A stretch of 64,000 nucleotides of DNA from Vermamoeba vermiformis. Its lineage: Eukaryota. Positions 11,559 through 24,979 of this stretch are shown here, in pieces. The stretch lies in contig JBEWZL010000208.1 of NCBI GenBank assembly GCA_045837725.1, positions 62,001 to 126,000 on the forward strand, written 5' to 3'. Numbering within the stretch: the stretch's first letter is position 1; each line of letters starts with the position of its first letter. The translations under genes and the position numbers were made by a program. The notes under the pieces are model-generated. The model saw only the letters and a list, made by a program, of their open reading frames with translations. It made no database searches and was not told where the DNA came from.

Positions 11559-13448
11559 ATGAGCACAACGATTGCGCCATTGCCTCAACAGCAGTCAGCA
11601 GCGGCCATTAAAAACCGCGAGCTCACTAAAGAGGTCTCGGCGGCCCTTCAAAATGTCAATATAAATACAATCAAAGCAGCTTTAAAGGTCGGCAAGTTCA
11701 ATCCGACGAGTAACGCGAAGGCAGCGCTCATCCAGAACTTTGAGGACGTAGTAATCAAGCAAGGCATATCAGAATTCGTTTCTAGACTACAGAGAAAGAC
11801 CCTAAAAATAACCTGCAGAGCCTGCGAGATAGAGAACCCAAGACAACGAGCGTTAGCTGATGAGATCTTACGGGTCGGCATTGCAGACTTCCTCTCAATT
11901 AAATGCGACGTAAATTTATTAAGAGAATTTGGAAAAGTATTGGGATTGGACAAAGACCCTGTAGTGAAGTATTTGGACAAGTCGGCGACAGATTTGGAAC
12001 GAGAAATTGCTGATGAAATTATGCTTATCGGAATGGAACACTTTTTGAGGAAAATGCCTCTAGAATTAGTCAAGGTAATTATTTCGCTGATTACTGATTT
12101 TTAGCAAATTATTAAATATTTAATTTTACGTTTATGGCTGCACACGCTCAAAAGGCCAAAAAAATATTTTTACGAATAATTGAGCAAATGTACATATATA
12201 CAGGATTTTTGAAATAATTTTTGACCGTAATAAATAATAAATTTATTTTTCACAATTACGGAATTTTTACGGATCCTATTTAATAGGCCACTACACATCA
12301 ATTATACTCAAAAACTTATGGATTATTTTTACGTCGTGAATATTGCTAATATTTCAATACAGGATATTTGCAAAGATCTCGCCTTAACACCCCAAGGCAA
12401 GTCCCAGGCAGACTATATTGACCGCGTCATGACGCATTTTTTCAATTTGGAGCCACAAGACAAATTCCGACGACTTGAAGAGGAGAAAAGATTGCAAGCG
12501 AACGGCGTCAATGGTTCATTTTTGTCTGGCTACGACGAAACCAGTGACGGCGGCGCTAAGGGCGGTGCTAAGCTTGAATACTCAGACTTGATGCAAAGCG
12601 ACAATATGAACTATGATTATGAAGATGAGGAAGAAGATGAAGAGGACGACGATGAGAAAGAATTTGTTCCTCCGAAGAGTGTCATGAAGAAGGCTAAAAC
12701 ACCTAGAAGAAGCCTCGAAAAAGATCTTAACAGCAGTGAAAGCAGTGGCAGTGAGGACTCTGAAGTGATCAACGCGAAGAAACGGAAGTACGATGAAATG
12801 AAGGTAAGCCACAGTGTCGAAAAATTGACACTTGACACGCGCTCTTTGGACACGTGGATCTCAGATCCACTATGACCCATTAATGTAGCACATAATGCTT
12901 CAATACATAGATGCCAAGCTAACACATATGATGTACTATAGGAGTCAGATGAAGATAATAGTGAGGTGAGCGAGAAGGATGAAGACAACGACGACGAAGA
13001 AGTATCACGAAAGGCTAAGCGAGGCAAATACATCTCTCCTCCCCTAAGGTAATTAATAACAATAGTATTATACGCGATTTTATTGCCGTAACACTAATGT
13101 GCTATGTTGTGCAGTAATATCAAGAAGGGAATCACGGGCGATGATCTGCAAAACTTGTACAATCTCACAGACTTGCAAGAGTACTGCAAACAAAACGACA
13201 TTATTCACACGGGCAAGAAGCCACAGTTGATCAAGCGAATCATTCAGTATTTGGAGACCGGTCAAAAGACACCAAAGAAACCGAAGGGCAAGCGATCACG
13301 TGGCGCTAAGAGGAAGTCTGAAGAGGTAAGCAATACAAGGCTTCAGTACATTTTTAGTTTACTAATACTACATCGTGACTAGTCTGAGAGAGGAGACGGA
13401 CAAGATGACGATAAAAGTTCGAGGAGCGGTGACGAAGAGGATTCCTAA
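11559..13448 (+). CDS. Acidic/basic nuclear protein with SAP-like motif(s), about 5 exons
   Basis: LYNLTDLQEYCKQNDIIHTGKKPQLIKRIIQYL is SAP-like; a second weaker copy DICKDLALTPQGKSQADYIDRVM; D/E tracts and K/R-rich NLS-like segments. Confidence 0.6.
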
Positions 13449-13614
13449 AAAAAGAACACCGTGCTCGACTGACACCATTTGTACAACAACATGCTCGTTT
13501 GATAATGAATGTTATATAAATAGAATATCAATTACACGAAGAAGTAAGTTGGTTAAGATTTATTTTTAATGAGAAAGACAAGTTGGTTTGAAGAAGGTGC
13601 ACCTTTTCGTGACC

Positions 13615-16600
13615 TCACGGATGAGGGTACATCGAAGCCATTTGATTAAATAGGGACTCCATTTTCTGATCGTTCTCCTCTTCGACTGCTTCGTTGAAAG
13701 TGTTTTTGATGCGAGTATCAATTTTTCTGCGGAGCTTCTGAATCGCGTGGCGCACTTGCAGCACTTTTGTTGCAGAAATGCACTCTTTCAGCCGTTTTTC
13801 CATTTCAAGCGCTTCGTCTCGAATCTTCACCAGTTCTTCTCTTATCGTTAAGGCATTTTCAGAATTTTGAAGCGGCAGGCTTTGAAACTTGGATTTCAAC
13901 TCTGTTAATTTGTCACACACGCTCTCTAAAATCTGGACGGAAATGTCGTCTAATGCAAGCAGTGGGTTCTGTTCTTCTGCTGGTGTCTCGGTCGGCTCCG
14001 GAGAAGGTTCGGGCAATGCTAGTGGAGTGTTGTTGGCGGGCATCTTCATTCGGGCAATGCCTTGTTGAGTCAGCTCAACACTTTCATATGCTATCATATT
14101 CATTCGAGAAAGAAGCAATGTCGGGACTGAATTGTCTTCGACATCGCCCACCCTGAGGATGTAATCCGTGCTGTCTTCTGAGGTGTAGATAATCATTGTG
14201 AACTCGAAGCACAAGCACATGGCAGACAGCATGACTAGATCGGGAACAACGTCGCTTGTACATTCTTCAAGTCGCTTAATTCGTTCGTCCCAATCGTTCC
14301 AAGCGTCCTTGAATTTTAATCCCATCGGGTTGCTAGGCTTGTTGCTGTTCTCTTTTAACCAAGTCGCCAATTTTCTTCGCACCATCTTTGTTGCAGCCAC
14401 ATTGGCTACTGGGTCAATCAGGGTAGGATTGCGCTTGTATAACTCGAAGGCAATTATCGAGTACAGCTTGTTGCTATCTTGGTCTGCAAAGTGAATCAAT
14501 TTTTGTCGCATGAAATGTTGCTCGAGTCTGTCTTGCAGTCTTTTGGTTGCATTTGTTTGCACTTCAGCATAATCTTCACCTTCGGAGTCAGTGCTTTCAT
14601 CTGTAAGAGAGCTATCCAAGCTTGCGTCGTCATCACTGCCATCGTCGTCATCGTCATCGTCATCGCCAGATGGGCTATGGGTCTTTGCTGGCTTTCTTCG
14701 TAGGAGTCGATCTCGAATTTTTGAGCCAAAATTCAGTAAATCCTGCTGGCTGGCCAAAAAGTACGCGTCAGTGACGATGTCGAGGATGAACCCCAGAATT
14801 CTGTACGGCAGCAACTTTGAAACGTATCCGAACATCTGAGCAACGATGCCTCCTTTGAGCACTTCCGTAACTGACTTTTTTGGATTGGCGATGCGTTGAA
14901 TGATCAACTCGGCAAGCAGTGCGATGGCAAAGCCAATGATTGCGGGGAAAGCGAACATTGCAGTGAAGCCTAGCTTGGCCTGAAGTGCGCCGTACAGCAC
15001 GTGATAAAGAACTTTTCTTGCAAGGGAGAAGAGTGTGCTGTAAAATGTCGCTGAAGCCGAATGTTGAGCCAAAAACTGAACTCTTTCGCCAAGCGAATTG
15101 AACTTGGACCAATTGATCACGAGGTACACTGAGTTCTGACGAATAGAAGCTAACAAGTTGCCCTTCACTTCAGACATAAGTATATCTTCGTAATACTTCT
15201 GTCTCGCTTGATGCTCTTGCTTTTGGTACTCCTTTTCGTTCGCCTTGACATTCTCTTCGTACTGCTCTTTCTTTTGTTGGTTCTCCGTGTCGACTTTGGC
15301 TTTCTCTCGTTGATAGTTTTCTTGCTGCTCTCGTTGTCTTTGATTGAATTCGTTCTGTGCCGCTTGCTTGCGTGCCTCATTTTCGTTTCTTTTTTGTTCG
15401 ATATGGCGAGCAAGCTGGGCCTCTGCCAAAGCTCTTGCTGCTGCTTCATCATTGTGCCTCGCTCCAGGTCTAGCAATCAGGTTGCCATTTGCATCGTACA
15501 CAGCTGCGTAAGCGGCACCTCTGCCGCCAAAGGGTCTTTTTCGACCTCTTTCTATTTTAATTTGATAAGACTCTCTGAATATGGAAGGGTCATCATTAAA
15601 TTGAAATTGGCCAGGCTGAGGTTGCTGAACGGTGTTGAAAACAGGCTGTTCGATGACGGTTTGTTGCGGAAGCGTTAAAGTCGGAAGCTGCGAGGAGACT
15701 ACGTCAACAATACGATTGAATGCACGTTGACTAGTATCGGTCCATTGATGTTGGCTTATCTCTTTCAATCTGTCAACGTTGCGTTTCATTGCCTCGTCGA
15801 TCTTGTTCTTCATCGCAGTTTTTTCCATCCATCCAGCCATGGCGGTAGCAACGCGTTCGCTTGCAATCGAAACTGCGCGCTGGAAGAAGAATTCATCGAC
15901 AAAGAGTCCTCGCAATTGTTTGTTAGTCAGGTCTGCAATCCCTTGCTTGATGTACCAGTTGAAGTTTTCGTTGAGCTTCTTATCCCTAACTTTTTCGATC
16001 TTCTTCTTGATCTTTTCTCTGAACTCGGCATCAAGCAAATTGATTGCATCGTTGTGAATATCTAGCGCTCTCTTCAAGGCATTGTTGATTTCGGTGTAAT
16101 TGCTTGGAATTTTAATTCTCTGCAGCGAAATCTCGATGGCGTCCATTAATTGATAGTACGTTTGCTCGCTGACGTGCCGCAACCGCAATGGCAGATTAGA
16201 CGTGAAGAACGCTTGAATGGCTCCGTTGTTATCGAGACTGTCCATGATCGAAGTCCAAATGTGATGAATGTCGGGTCCGTAAAATGGAACTGCAGTGGCT
16301 AGATAGGTGTTGACCACTTGGGCGAAGTTGTTCAAAGCCAGGGTGAATTCAGGTACGATGTTCTGCGCAACGTGCAAGTCAACGTCAATCCGAGCGTTAC
16401 ACGGTCGAGGGAAGGAAAAGCATCTAAATCGAATCACTTAGCATTGTTGCAATAGAATAGCTTAGCGATTAAAGTAAAACTTACTGACTGGGAGGTACCA
16501 AAATTCCTGTCCGATGAATGTAAGTACCAAGATTGTCCCAATTAGGTTCTTTGTCTCGTTGAACTAAATAGAAAGCAGTGCTCATGGCAAGGATCCGCTT

Positions 16601-17068
16601 CTTGTCCTTCAACATTCTGTCCAGAAATTCGCGGAACTTGTCCAACACTTGAAAAGTAGCTGCGAGGCGCTCCTTGAAACCATCCACTTTTCCTTTGAAG
16701 TTGTAGATGATGGCATTACTAACGCTGAATACCAGATGCAAAATCAAATTGTCGTGTTTGTCGTTTTCTCCTATTCCTTGAGTGTCGATAAACATTCTAT
16801 CAGGTTTGGCGGGGTCGCGAGAGGGAACTATGATGACAAAGATGCCCTTTGTTTGGGCTTCCGCACGGTGACCGGGAGCAAAAGCGTCGCATCCAGACAA
16901 AATGTTGAGTAAGGTGGACTTGCCGGTTCCAACATCTCCTATGATGCTAATTACATGGCAGCGGTTGGCCAATTGCAAAAAATCATGAGCTACACTGGAG
17001 TTGTATACCAGATCTTCATCTTTCACGACGAACGCGGCGGTAGACTTCCACCTCGGGTTGCCTTCCAT
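13615..17068 (-). CDS. GBP/atlastin-like large GTPase with coiled coil, TM segments and a degenerate OTU-like domain (2 exons; intron about 16437-16488)
   Basis: VISIIGDVGTGKSTLLNIL (G1), TKGIF (G2), FIDTQG (G3), LVQRD (G4, GBP/atlastin type), then RCFSFPRP; hydrophobic FTAMFAFPAIIGFAIALLAELII; DQDSNKLYSIIAFELY...LVMLSAMCLCFEFTMIIY...AYESV. Confidence 0.8.
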
Positions 17069-17582
17069 TGTTTCTAAATGATAAGAATTAACACAAAATG
17101 AAAAGACTTATTTATATTCTGAAATATCTCGTCAATATCTGAAGCGATAAATGGCAGAAAAAACGTTGATTTCATGAAATTATGTCAAAAGCGAATTGTC
17201 CGGTGCACAAAGAATTAATCAATGAAATTTAATAATGTGCAATACGCGGTGATTTGTCGCTTATTTCCTAAATTTGATGTTTCTTGTCCACTGCCATAAA
17301 ATAAATGTCGGGCTGCAACCGAAAAGAATAACACAAACAATTAATTAATGCAACAATATACAAAGAATTGAGATAAGGAGTAGTTGATTTTCTGCTTACC
17401 ATTAGCTAAAGTTGCAATGGCTTATAAGGTCCTAATTAGTCGGCGGAGTTTTTTTGGTCAGAGATCCGTAATGTTCCTTCGTAGTAACGAATTTTAGTGA
17501 ATAACATTTATTAGTATTAACAAGCACGTAACTTTGTTTTGTGGGTCTTTTAGTTACGAGAAACAGATGAGTCGTGGGTGTC

Positions 17583-19186
17583 TTATTTAGGAGGTGCTTG
17601 ACCAGCAGCGGCGGCGGCAGCGGCAGCCTAAAAAAATTTATTACTTATGTGCAATATAGAAATGAAATTAAGCTTTTCGAAGCTTGATCCAACTGGATGT
17701 AGCCAGATCGAACAAACTGATATTCGAGTTCTAATAGCAGTAATCAATAATAATAGTGCTTACCTCTTTCTTCTTTCGCTCTTCTTCTTCAAACCAAGCA
17801 ACGTCCTTGTAATAATAAAATGCGCCTTGAGTTCTCAGTTCTTCTGGACCACCTTCAACAACGTGCACGCGAGTGTGACCCAAGCTTTCTAAGAATTCAG
17901 CGAACTGTTTTTGGAATAGAAGGTCAGACCTGCAAACGAAATAACGGCAAAGAATCGTTTCAATCGATTTTGGTCAAATTGTGCAAATGCGCCAAACCAT
18001 CGACACGAAAAAAATTAACGACGCGCCTAGAATCTCACGTGGAGATATTTCATCACGTGCTATGTTATTACTAAATATAGTAATGTAATTATCATCATTT
18101 GCGAGTTCCTTACTTGAAGAGCTTTGACCATGTCAGGGCCAGAAACGGTGTGTACGTAGATAGGTCTAGTCTTGGGCATCTGAATACAAACTACAGTTAG
18201 AAACAGCATATAATACGTGTTATTATAATATATTGTGCATAATAACGAATAAAATTGAAAGAGAGTCAATTTTCTCGCGAAAAAGTTTCGTTGTTGGATC
18301 GCGAGTTTGAACGATTGAAATGTTCTTTGTAATTTCCAAATAAGGCAATAACATACATCAGCCACGTGTTCCTTAGTAGTGCTGCTGAAAGGCAAGTTGA
18401 TTGTGCCCAAAATATGGAACTTCTCGTGTTCAAGAGGCTCGCGAACATCGAGGATGAGTGGGCTTTCGAGATCACGAACAGATCTGTTCAACTCTTGTGG
18501 CTTAACACGAGGTATAGTGTACTATAATATAGTATAACAATTATTAGTCTTTTAATCATTTCAGATAGGGTCTGCCGGATCTAAGACGATCGCGAAAATT
18601 GTGGATCGAGCGTTCGGTCTCGTTATCGTATATTTATGGTTTTATGCTCGTTATTATTTTAAATATTATTTAATTATTTTTGCAACTAATACTTACGACG
18701 TTGATTGGCTTGGGAGCAAACTCCGAGGGCTTATCAGCGTAAGAACGAACAAAAATGCTGCCAGCCATTACATTCTATAGAATAAATCCACTTATTATTA
18801 ACATATAATTGAGGGTATAATTATAGTCGTCTGTGAGTTTAGTGACGCGAGCAGATGCGATCAAAATTATTAAATTTTATTCTTACCTTGCTACCACGAG
18901 AAGCCTTGGCAAAAATTGATTTTCTTGCTATATAATTAAAATAAATGGTAAATAATTATTTTGAGGCCTACAGTAATTATTGTAATAATTATTATTTACC
19001 TGAGGTTCGAGATGTGGTGCTAATACGAGTTGACAATCGTCCCAAAGCGCCAAAGAAGCTATTCTAAATATTGTAAAATAATATTAACAATGTATCGGGT
19101 GCTAGAAGCTGAAGCTGATATTTGTTTGGATGTCGCAATCCACGTTGAAATAAATATCTCTGACAAATCACAAATTAACTTACCAT
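17583..19186 (-). CDS. Mitochondrially targeted rhodanese-like protein (catalytic Cys absent), about 8 exons
   Basis: MNSFFGALGRLSTRISTTSRTSARKS...RSY presequence; LILDVREPLEHEKFHILGTINLP; loop YVHTVSG; LESLGHTRVHVVEGG. Confidence 0.75.
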
Positions 19187-19333
19187 TATTGTATTTTTAT
19201 ATGGTCCGATAATAAACTACCACTAACAGAGCTTTCATTAAATTTCATCGTAGTTTCAGCTCCGTAAAATTTCTTCGGAGCACGATATTTTCTCGCCGTC
19301 CAGGTCTTCTGCCATAAATTAACCAATTTCAAT

Positions 19334-21506
19334 ATGGATTACACGGGCTTATCAAAGAGAGGTATAGAGCTTGTGCCGAAAGAGCCAAATCCGCTGGTGA
19401 TCTACCTGAACGAGTACGGCAAAGATCCTTTCGATGGAGAAACCAATCCTAAAGGGATTATTGACTGTGGTGTGGCTGAAAACGACGTAAGCATAATTTT
19501 CAGCTTGGTTTAATCAATAAGGCACCCATTATAAAGTTGCAATGTCACCTTTACAGATCGTGCCAATTAAAAACTTTTTAAAATTAATGTCAAATATTGC
19601 ATTTTCGCGATATTTAAGCATCTAATTATAGGTAGTATCGGACATAATCTTAGAAAAATTAAAAGAAGTGCACCAAAAACTAAGACCGGTAGATCTTCGT
19701 TATACCAACTTTCAGGGCAACCCTGACCTTAGAAACGCGTATGTTAGCCTAATTTTCGTAATTTAATGATGCATAATGCCGATTTAATTCGAAAAACGTC
19801 TTTGCACAAGGCATGGCTAAATCGATTGTTTGTTTTTAGGATCTCTTCTTTTTTCAATCGACATTTCAATGTAAACACAAATCCAGAGCATATCATCATT
19901 ACTGATGGCACGGGGACAGCTCTGAATAATTTAGCGACGGTATTATGCGATCCTAATGACGGAATTTTGCTGCCGGCTCCGTAAGTGTAGCTAAATACGA
20001 GATCCTCCTTTTATTTGGAACCAAATTAATACGACATATCATTTTTATGGTACCATGAGGTACCAATGCTACTATGGAAGCCGCATGAATAATTTTCTGA
20101 ATTTAGCTTTTATGGCGCGTATTTACTTGATATGACTTTGCTGCCCAAAACGAAGATAATAACAGGTATACGATATCAAAAATGATAGAACAGCATTTTT
20201 ACTTGTTTTATCAGTCCCAACTCGATACGAAGACAAATTCACTCTTTCGATGGATACACTGACCCAGGTCTATGATGAGAAGACAAGTCAAGGTAATATT
20301 AATACACCAATTAATATATCTATTAAGAAAGTATAAGATTATATTTAAGTTTTTGAATTATTCTCTGCCGTCTAGATTTTTTGAAAATCTAACCTGAACC
20401 CGCTTTCTTAGGCGAGACTATAAAAGCACTACTAATCACAAATCCTAATAATCCTACTGGTGTGGGTCACAGTCCTGAGGAATTAATGCAGCTCGTTGAT
20501 TGGGCCAAACAACGACGCGTACATTTAATCATGAACGAAATCTACGCTTTGTCTTCATTCAAACGACCCCACTCTACTATTCTGAAGGTGCTAGATGCAA
20601 GTAAGTAATGTTAATACCTTTTTCATTGCTGCACAAGTCAAGAACACAATGCAAGTGCAGATCCGGATCCTAGAGTAACCGTTTAACGTGATCTGATTTT
20701 GGCTTAAACAAGATGTTTTTGAGCTCAAAATTTATTTGCAGCACTATAATTATACATTAATATCCATTTGCAAGCTTTATAGCACGTATTCTAACGGTAA
20801 CTATTTTTATCAGTGAAGGATGACGAGTTCGTGCATCACTACGTACACTTCACGTACGGTTTCGCGAAAGATTTTGGTGTTTCTGGACTACGCTTGTCGT
20901 TCGCATATTCACTGAACGAGCACGTGGTTGCAGCGATGGGCCAGTCGTTGAGTTTTTTCACGACAAGTTCACGTCAGACACAAGCATGCTTCACTCATAT
21001 CCTGAACGATAAACAGTGGATGGATTATTATACTAAAGGTGAGGGTATTATATAAGAATATATCATACAGATATTGATCTAAAGTGATTTCTCGATTGTC
21101 ACAAAAAATTGGATCTGCCATCGAAGTTACTTTTTCTTTTCTGGGTCTAGCTGCATCTTTTAGCTTTGCAATATTATGCTAATTGCATTATATAGAGCTG
21201 AAGGAGAGATTAGTTCGTGCAAGCTCTTTAGTGAAGGATAAATTGGATGCAGAACAGATCAAGTACATCGAACCAGAAGGAGGACTATTCATCGTATTAG
21301 ACCTGCGTTCATATTTGAAAGAGAAGACATTCGAAGCAGAGAAGGACTTATTCGAGCATTTGTTCTACAAGCACAAGATCTACATCAATTACGGCCATAG
21401 TTTCGGTTTCACTGAACCAGGTTTCTTTCGCGTCATTTTTTCGCGGTTAAAACCAACTATGGAAGAAGCTGTAAATAGAATTGCTGCTGGATTAAAATCT
21501 TACTAG
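19334..21506 (+). CDS. ACC-synthase-like PLP-dependent class I/II aminotransferase, multi-exon
   Basis: PFDGETNPKGIIDCGVAEND, LLPAPFY, ITNPNNPTG, YGFAKDFGVSGLR (PLP lysine), EPGFFRVIF. Confidence 0.85.
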
Positions 21507-21851
21507 TTGAAGGTTCGCTGTATTTGGATGCTCTTGTTTGGTACGTTTCTTGTACAAGCCGTATTACTTCCTACTAGCCATTCATGGAATTCTTAATTTA
21601 TCCTATCTACAACTTGACACGTTCATTTTCATATGGCTCTAGAGTCATCTACATAGGTCAATTTACGGGTAGCCGATTGAAGAGAATTTTACCAGAAGAT
21701 GACATGAATTGACAGCGGGACGAGAAACTCCAAACAAATGAGTTCACAACGGTTTCGTAGAAATTTTTTTTTTTTCCCTTTTTTTTTTTTTTTTTAAACA
21801 AAAAAAAAAAAAATTCCCGACTGTTCCGTCATTTTCGTAAAACACAAAACT

Positions 21852-23277
21852 ATGAACGTAATGAAGAGATTGGGCAGCTGGGCTTTTGGTAGCGGTGACA
21901 AATCGCAAGATCCGAGAACAAACGAAGAATCAAGCGGTCCTACAGAAGTCGCAAACTTAGAAAATATTCCCCTTGAAATTATTTGCATTATTGCATCATA
22001 TTTACCATTCAGACAATTTATGGCGTTATTACAAGCAAATACTAAATTTAAAAAATTGTTGGATCAAAATGGTAAGCTTAATTAAGTATTGAACCAAATT
22101 CATTTACCTTATAATACGCAGTATTTAAATAAGATTTTTTGTTCAGATTTATGGAGTTGTCAGATCGAAAATTTCTTTCTGACATCCACGCACCGTAAGA
22201 AGCCAAATTGTCGAAGGACATTTAAATATATCTACCAGAATAGAAAGCGTAAGTAGAAGCAATTAAATACAAATCAGGATTCATTCATAGCGTTTATTAG
22301 AGCTCGCACCAGCTAAGTTAGCCGGTTTCAAATCAGCGTACGTGCCAACAAAGATTTCGCAGAAATCTGATGACAGTGGTATGTATAGTGAGTTTTAGGA
22401 AGTTAAATAAATTTCCTGAAGCAAAAATGTCAAGTAAGGCCTGTACTAATCTTCCGCCTTGCAGAGGAGAATGACCTACGAAATATTATTCTGGATGATA
22501 CTCTGTTCGTTTACGAAACAAAAAAATCGCATAATGTAAATGTTGTGCTCTCAACTTACAACGGAAGACCGTACTTTGTCAGATCGATCAAAATTTCGGA
22601 CGCACTGAACAAGATGTACGTTACACAAGTGCACTTAATTCCATTTTAAATTTCAATGCGATAGGTGGTACCATACACCCGTTCTAAGTGCTGGATTGAT
22701 TTTCTTGTTCGACGAAGAACCGGATCTTGCTAAATTATCAAAGTACGACTCGTTTACAAAGAAGCAGTGGGAAGAGTTATCCGCACAATATGAAAGCATC
22801 GAGTAAGTCGTAGTATTTTACTAACTAAGTGCAATAATTAAATTTTGATTGAAGAGCGTTACAACGAGCCGGATGTCCAGTGGTTTATTTTGAAGGCTTG
22901 GAGAAGGAACTTGACGGCAAATTATTCATCAATTTTGATTTGCCTTGTCTTGTAGCCACGCACTTTGTCCTAAGTAAGTTGCAAGCTAACCCTCGATGAG
23001 GTGGATCCGAATTTAGTTTTACCTATACTCCGAATACTAACCTTCCCAGAAATGCTCCGATCTTGCGACGAAAGCAAAGAAGGAATGAATGTGGCTAATT
23101 TTATTCTCTACGGTGGTCTGGCTGAAGGTACGCAAAATTCCTTACTGATTTACAATGTTTTTAAACGTTCATGAATCAGCCACCAACACTACTACGACTT
23201 GGATGTCCAATGCTGAGCCTGATGACATTGATATGGGTGGTTTAAGCGATTACGATGATTATGGTGACTTTGAGTAA
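21852..23277 (+). CDS. F-box protein, multi-exon, acidic C-terminus
   Basis: LENIPLEIICIIASYLPFRQFMALLQANTKFKKLLDQN-DLW; downstream exons with GT-AG junctions ending DYDDYGDFE*. Confidence 0.7.
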
Positions 23278-23368
23278 TCGGAATTTCGTATCAAGAAGCC
23301 AGATCTACATTCGTTTTTAGATCCGCCGTAGATTCGGATATTACATACTAAACAGATCTGTTTTATTT

Positions 23369-24979
23369 TTATTGCTGCGGTTTGATGCATTGTAAATGAA
23401 AAATAAACGCTTCTAGTCCGCCGATATTTACAAAGTACTTGTACTTAGTTTTCAACTTCCTATTCAATTTCTGCACACTTTTCAACATTAAATTCTTTTT
23501 GCTCGTTAATAACACAATATTGCCCTCGTGTTTTGTGACATGCCACATCTCCGCTAACATCTCGACATACAACTCTGGATTCATTTTGTGTCGCTTGCCA
23601 AACGGTACATCTGACACGATACTATCAACACTACTATCTTTTAGGGTCATATCTAAGATAAAATCACAAGTTAGTTGTCGGATGTGATCTCAAAAGATCT
23701 CAACTTACGTGAAGCGTCCATTTGCATAACTGTTATCCTGTCGTTTAATTTCAGAGTATTTACATTGGTATTTGCCTGTTGTATTTGATTTTCATCAAGA
23801 TCAGAGGCAATAAATTTGATTGTTGGATCTGACCAAGAGGTCGCTATTGGACGAATTAGAACTCATACAGTCTATATTTATATAACCAGAACGCACCTGC
23901 TTCTAATAATACTACGCCATTGCCGCACATAGGATCCATCATTACTATATTTGGCAATTAGACTCAGAGAAAATAGAGCGCGAACAGGTACCTGAACCGG
24001 GCTTCAGATCTGCAAGTCTGCACATGCAATACGCTATTGAAGATTTCAATAAGCCCTTGCCTAGTATAACATTATTAATTGAGAATATGTTCAGGTTAAT
24101 TAATTAACCGTACCAGCATCGTTATAGCGCCAAGATAAAAGTTCATCGGTCAATGCAATTCCAAAAATCATTTCATCTTCACGCACGTGAATGTAGACCT
24201 CTAAAGTGTGCTTATGAAGATCAACAGGCCATTTATATTTGTCTATCAATGCGCCACCGATATATTTTGCTATGTCTACGCTGGATCCGTATTCGCCTTT
24301 TGAACTGACGCCTGATCGTTTGCAAGTGACTCTAAAGCGAATTTCTTCCTGAAATAAAAATAATGTTAATAATTTTCTTTCAAGCTTGGTTTATCTTACA
24401 TTTGGATGCAGTTCTCGCCAGATTTCGAGTGCGCGATCCCAGTTCCAATTTTTTGCTCGGTTCATTAGCTGTTCCAATTGTTCTGTAGGTGACTTATTTT
24501 CTGTGCTAAAATTTTTTAATTGATTTGGATCGAATTCACTCTGTTCTACGTGCACCAAGGAATAAACGCGATCGACCGCTTTCAGATCGCAAAGCTACTG
24601 ACACAAAAAAATTAATCGATGCCGAATTATTGTTTTAATATATCGTTACCTTATTTTGCACGTCATTAGCTTCGAAAATAATTTTGCCTCGTCTTTTTTC
24701 TTTCATAACTGGATGTAATTTCTCTTCCACTTCGTCTAACGCGAATGTTTCTATAAAATACCAATCTTAATATATGTGAATACACAAATGTAGGTGTACA
24801 TACCGAGGCCTGTTGATAAAGTCGCGAAATAAACCGGATTTGGCTTGCGGTTCAGTTCCTCAGGCTTTGTGCGTTCTTCAACTGATTACAGGCTTCTCCT
24901 TCTTGGGCTTATTTTTCTTAACATATCCATATTTAGGATTTGCTAGCTTTTTTTCCTCATCTGTTGTGTTTTGCTCCAT
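23369..24979 (-). CDS. THUMP-domain RNA m2G methyltransferase (THUMPD2/THUMPD3-like); 1-nt frame break near 24880
   Basis: YFATLSTGLETFALDEV; FRVTCKRSG; WPVDL; LLKSSIAYCM; MDPMCGNG (SAM motif); DSIVSDVPFGKR. Confidence 0.85.

Noticed and set aside
13767-16065. Several plus-strand ORFs overlapping the GTPase gene
   Set aside because: Antisense shadows of a long coding exon
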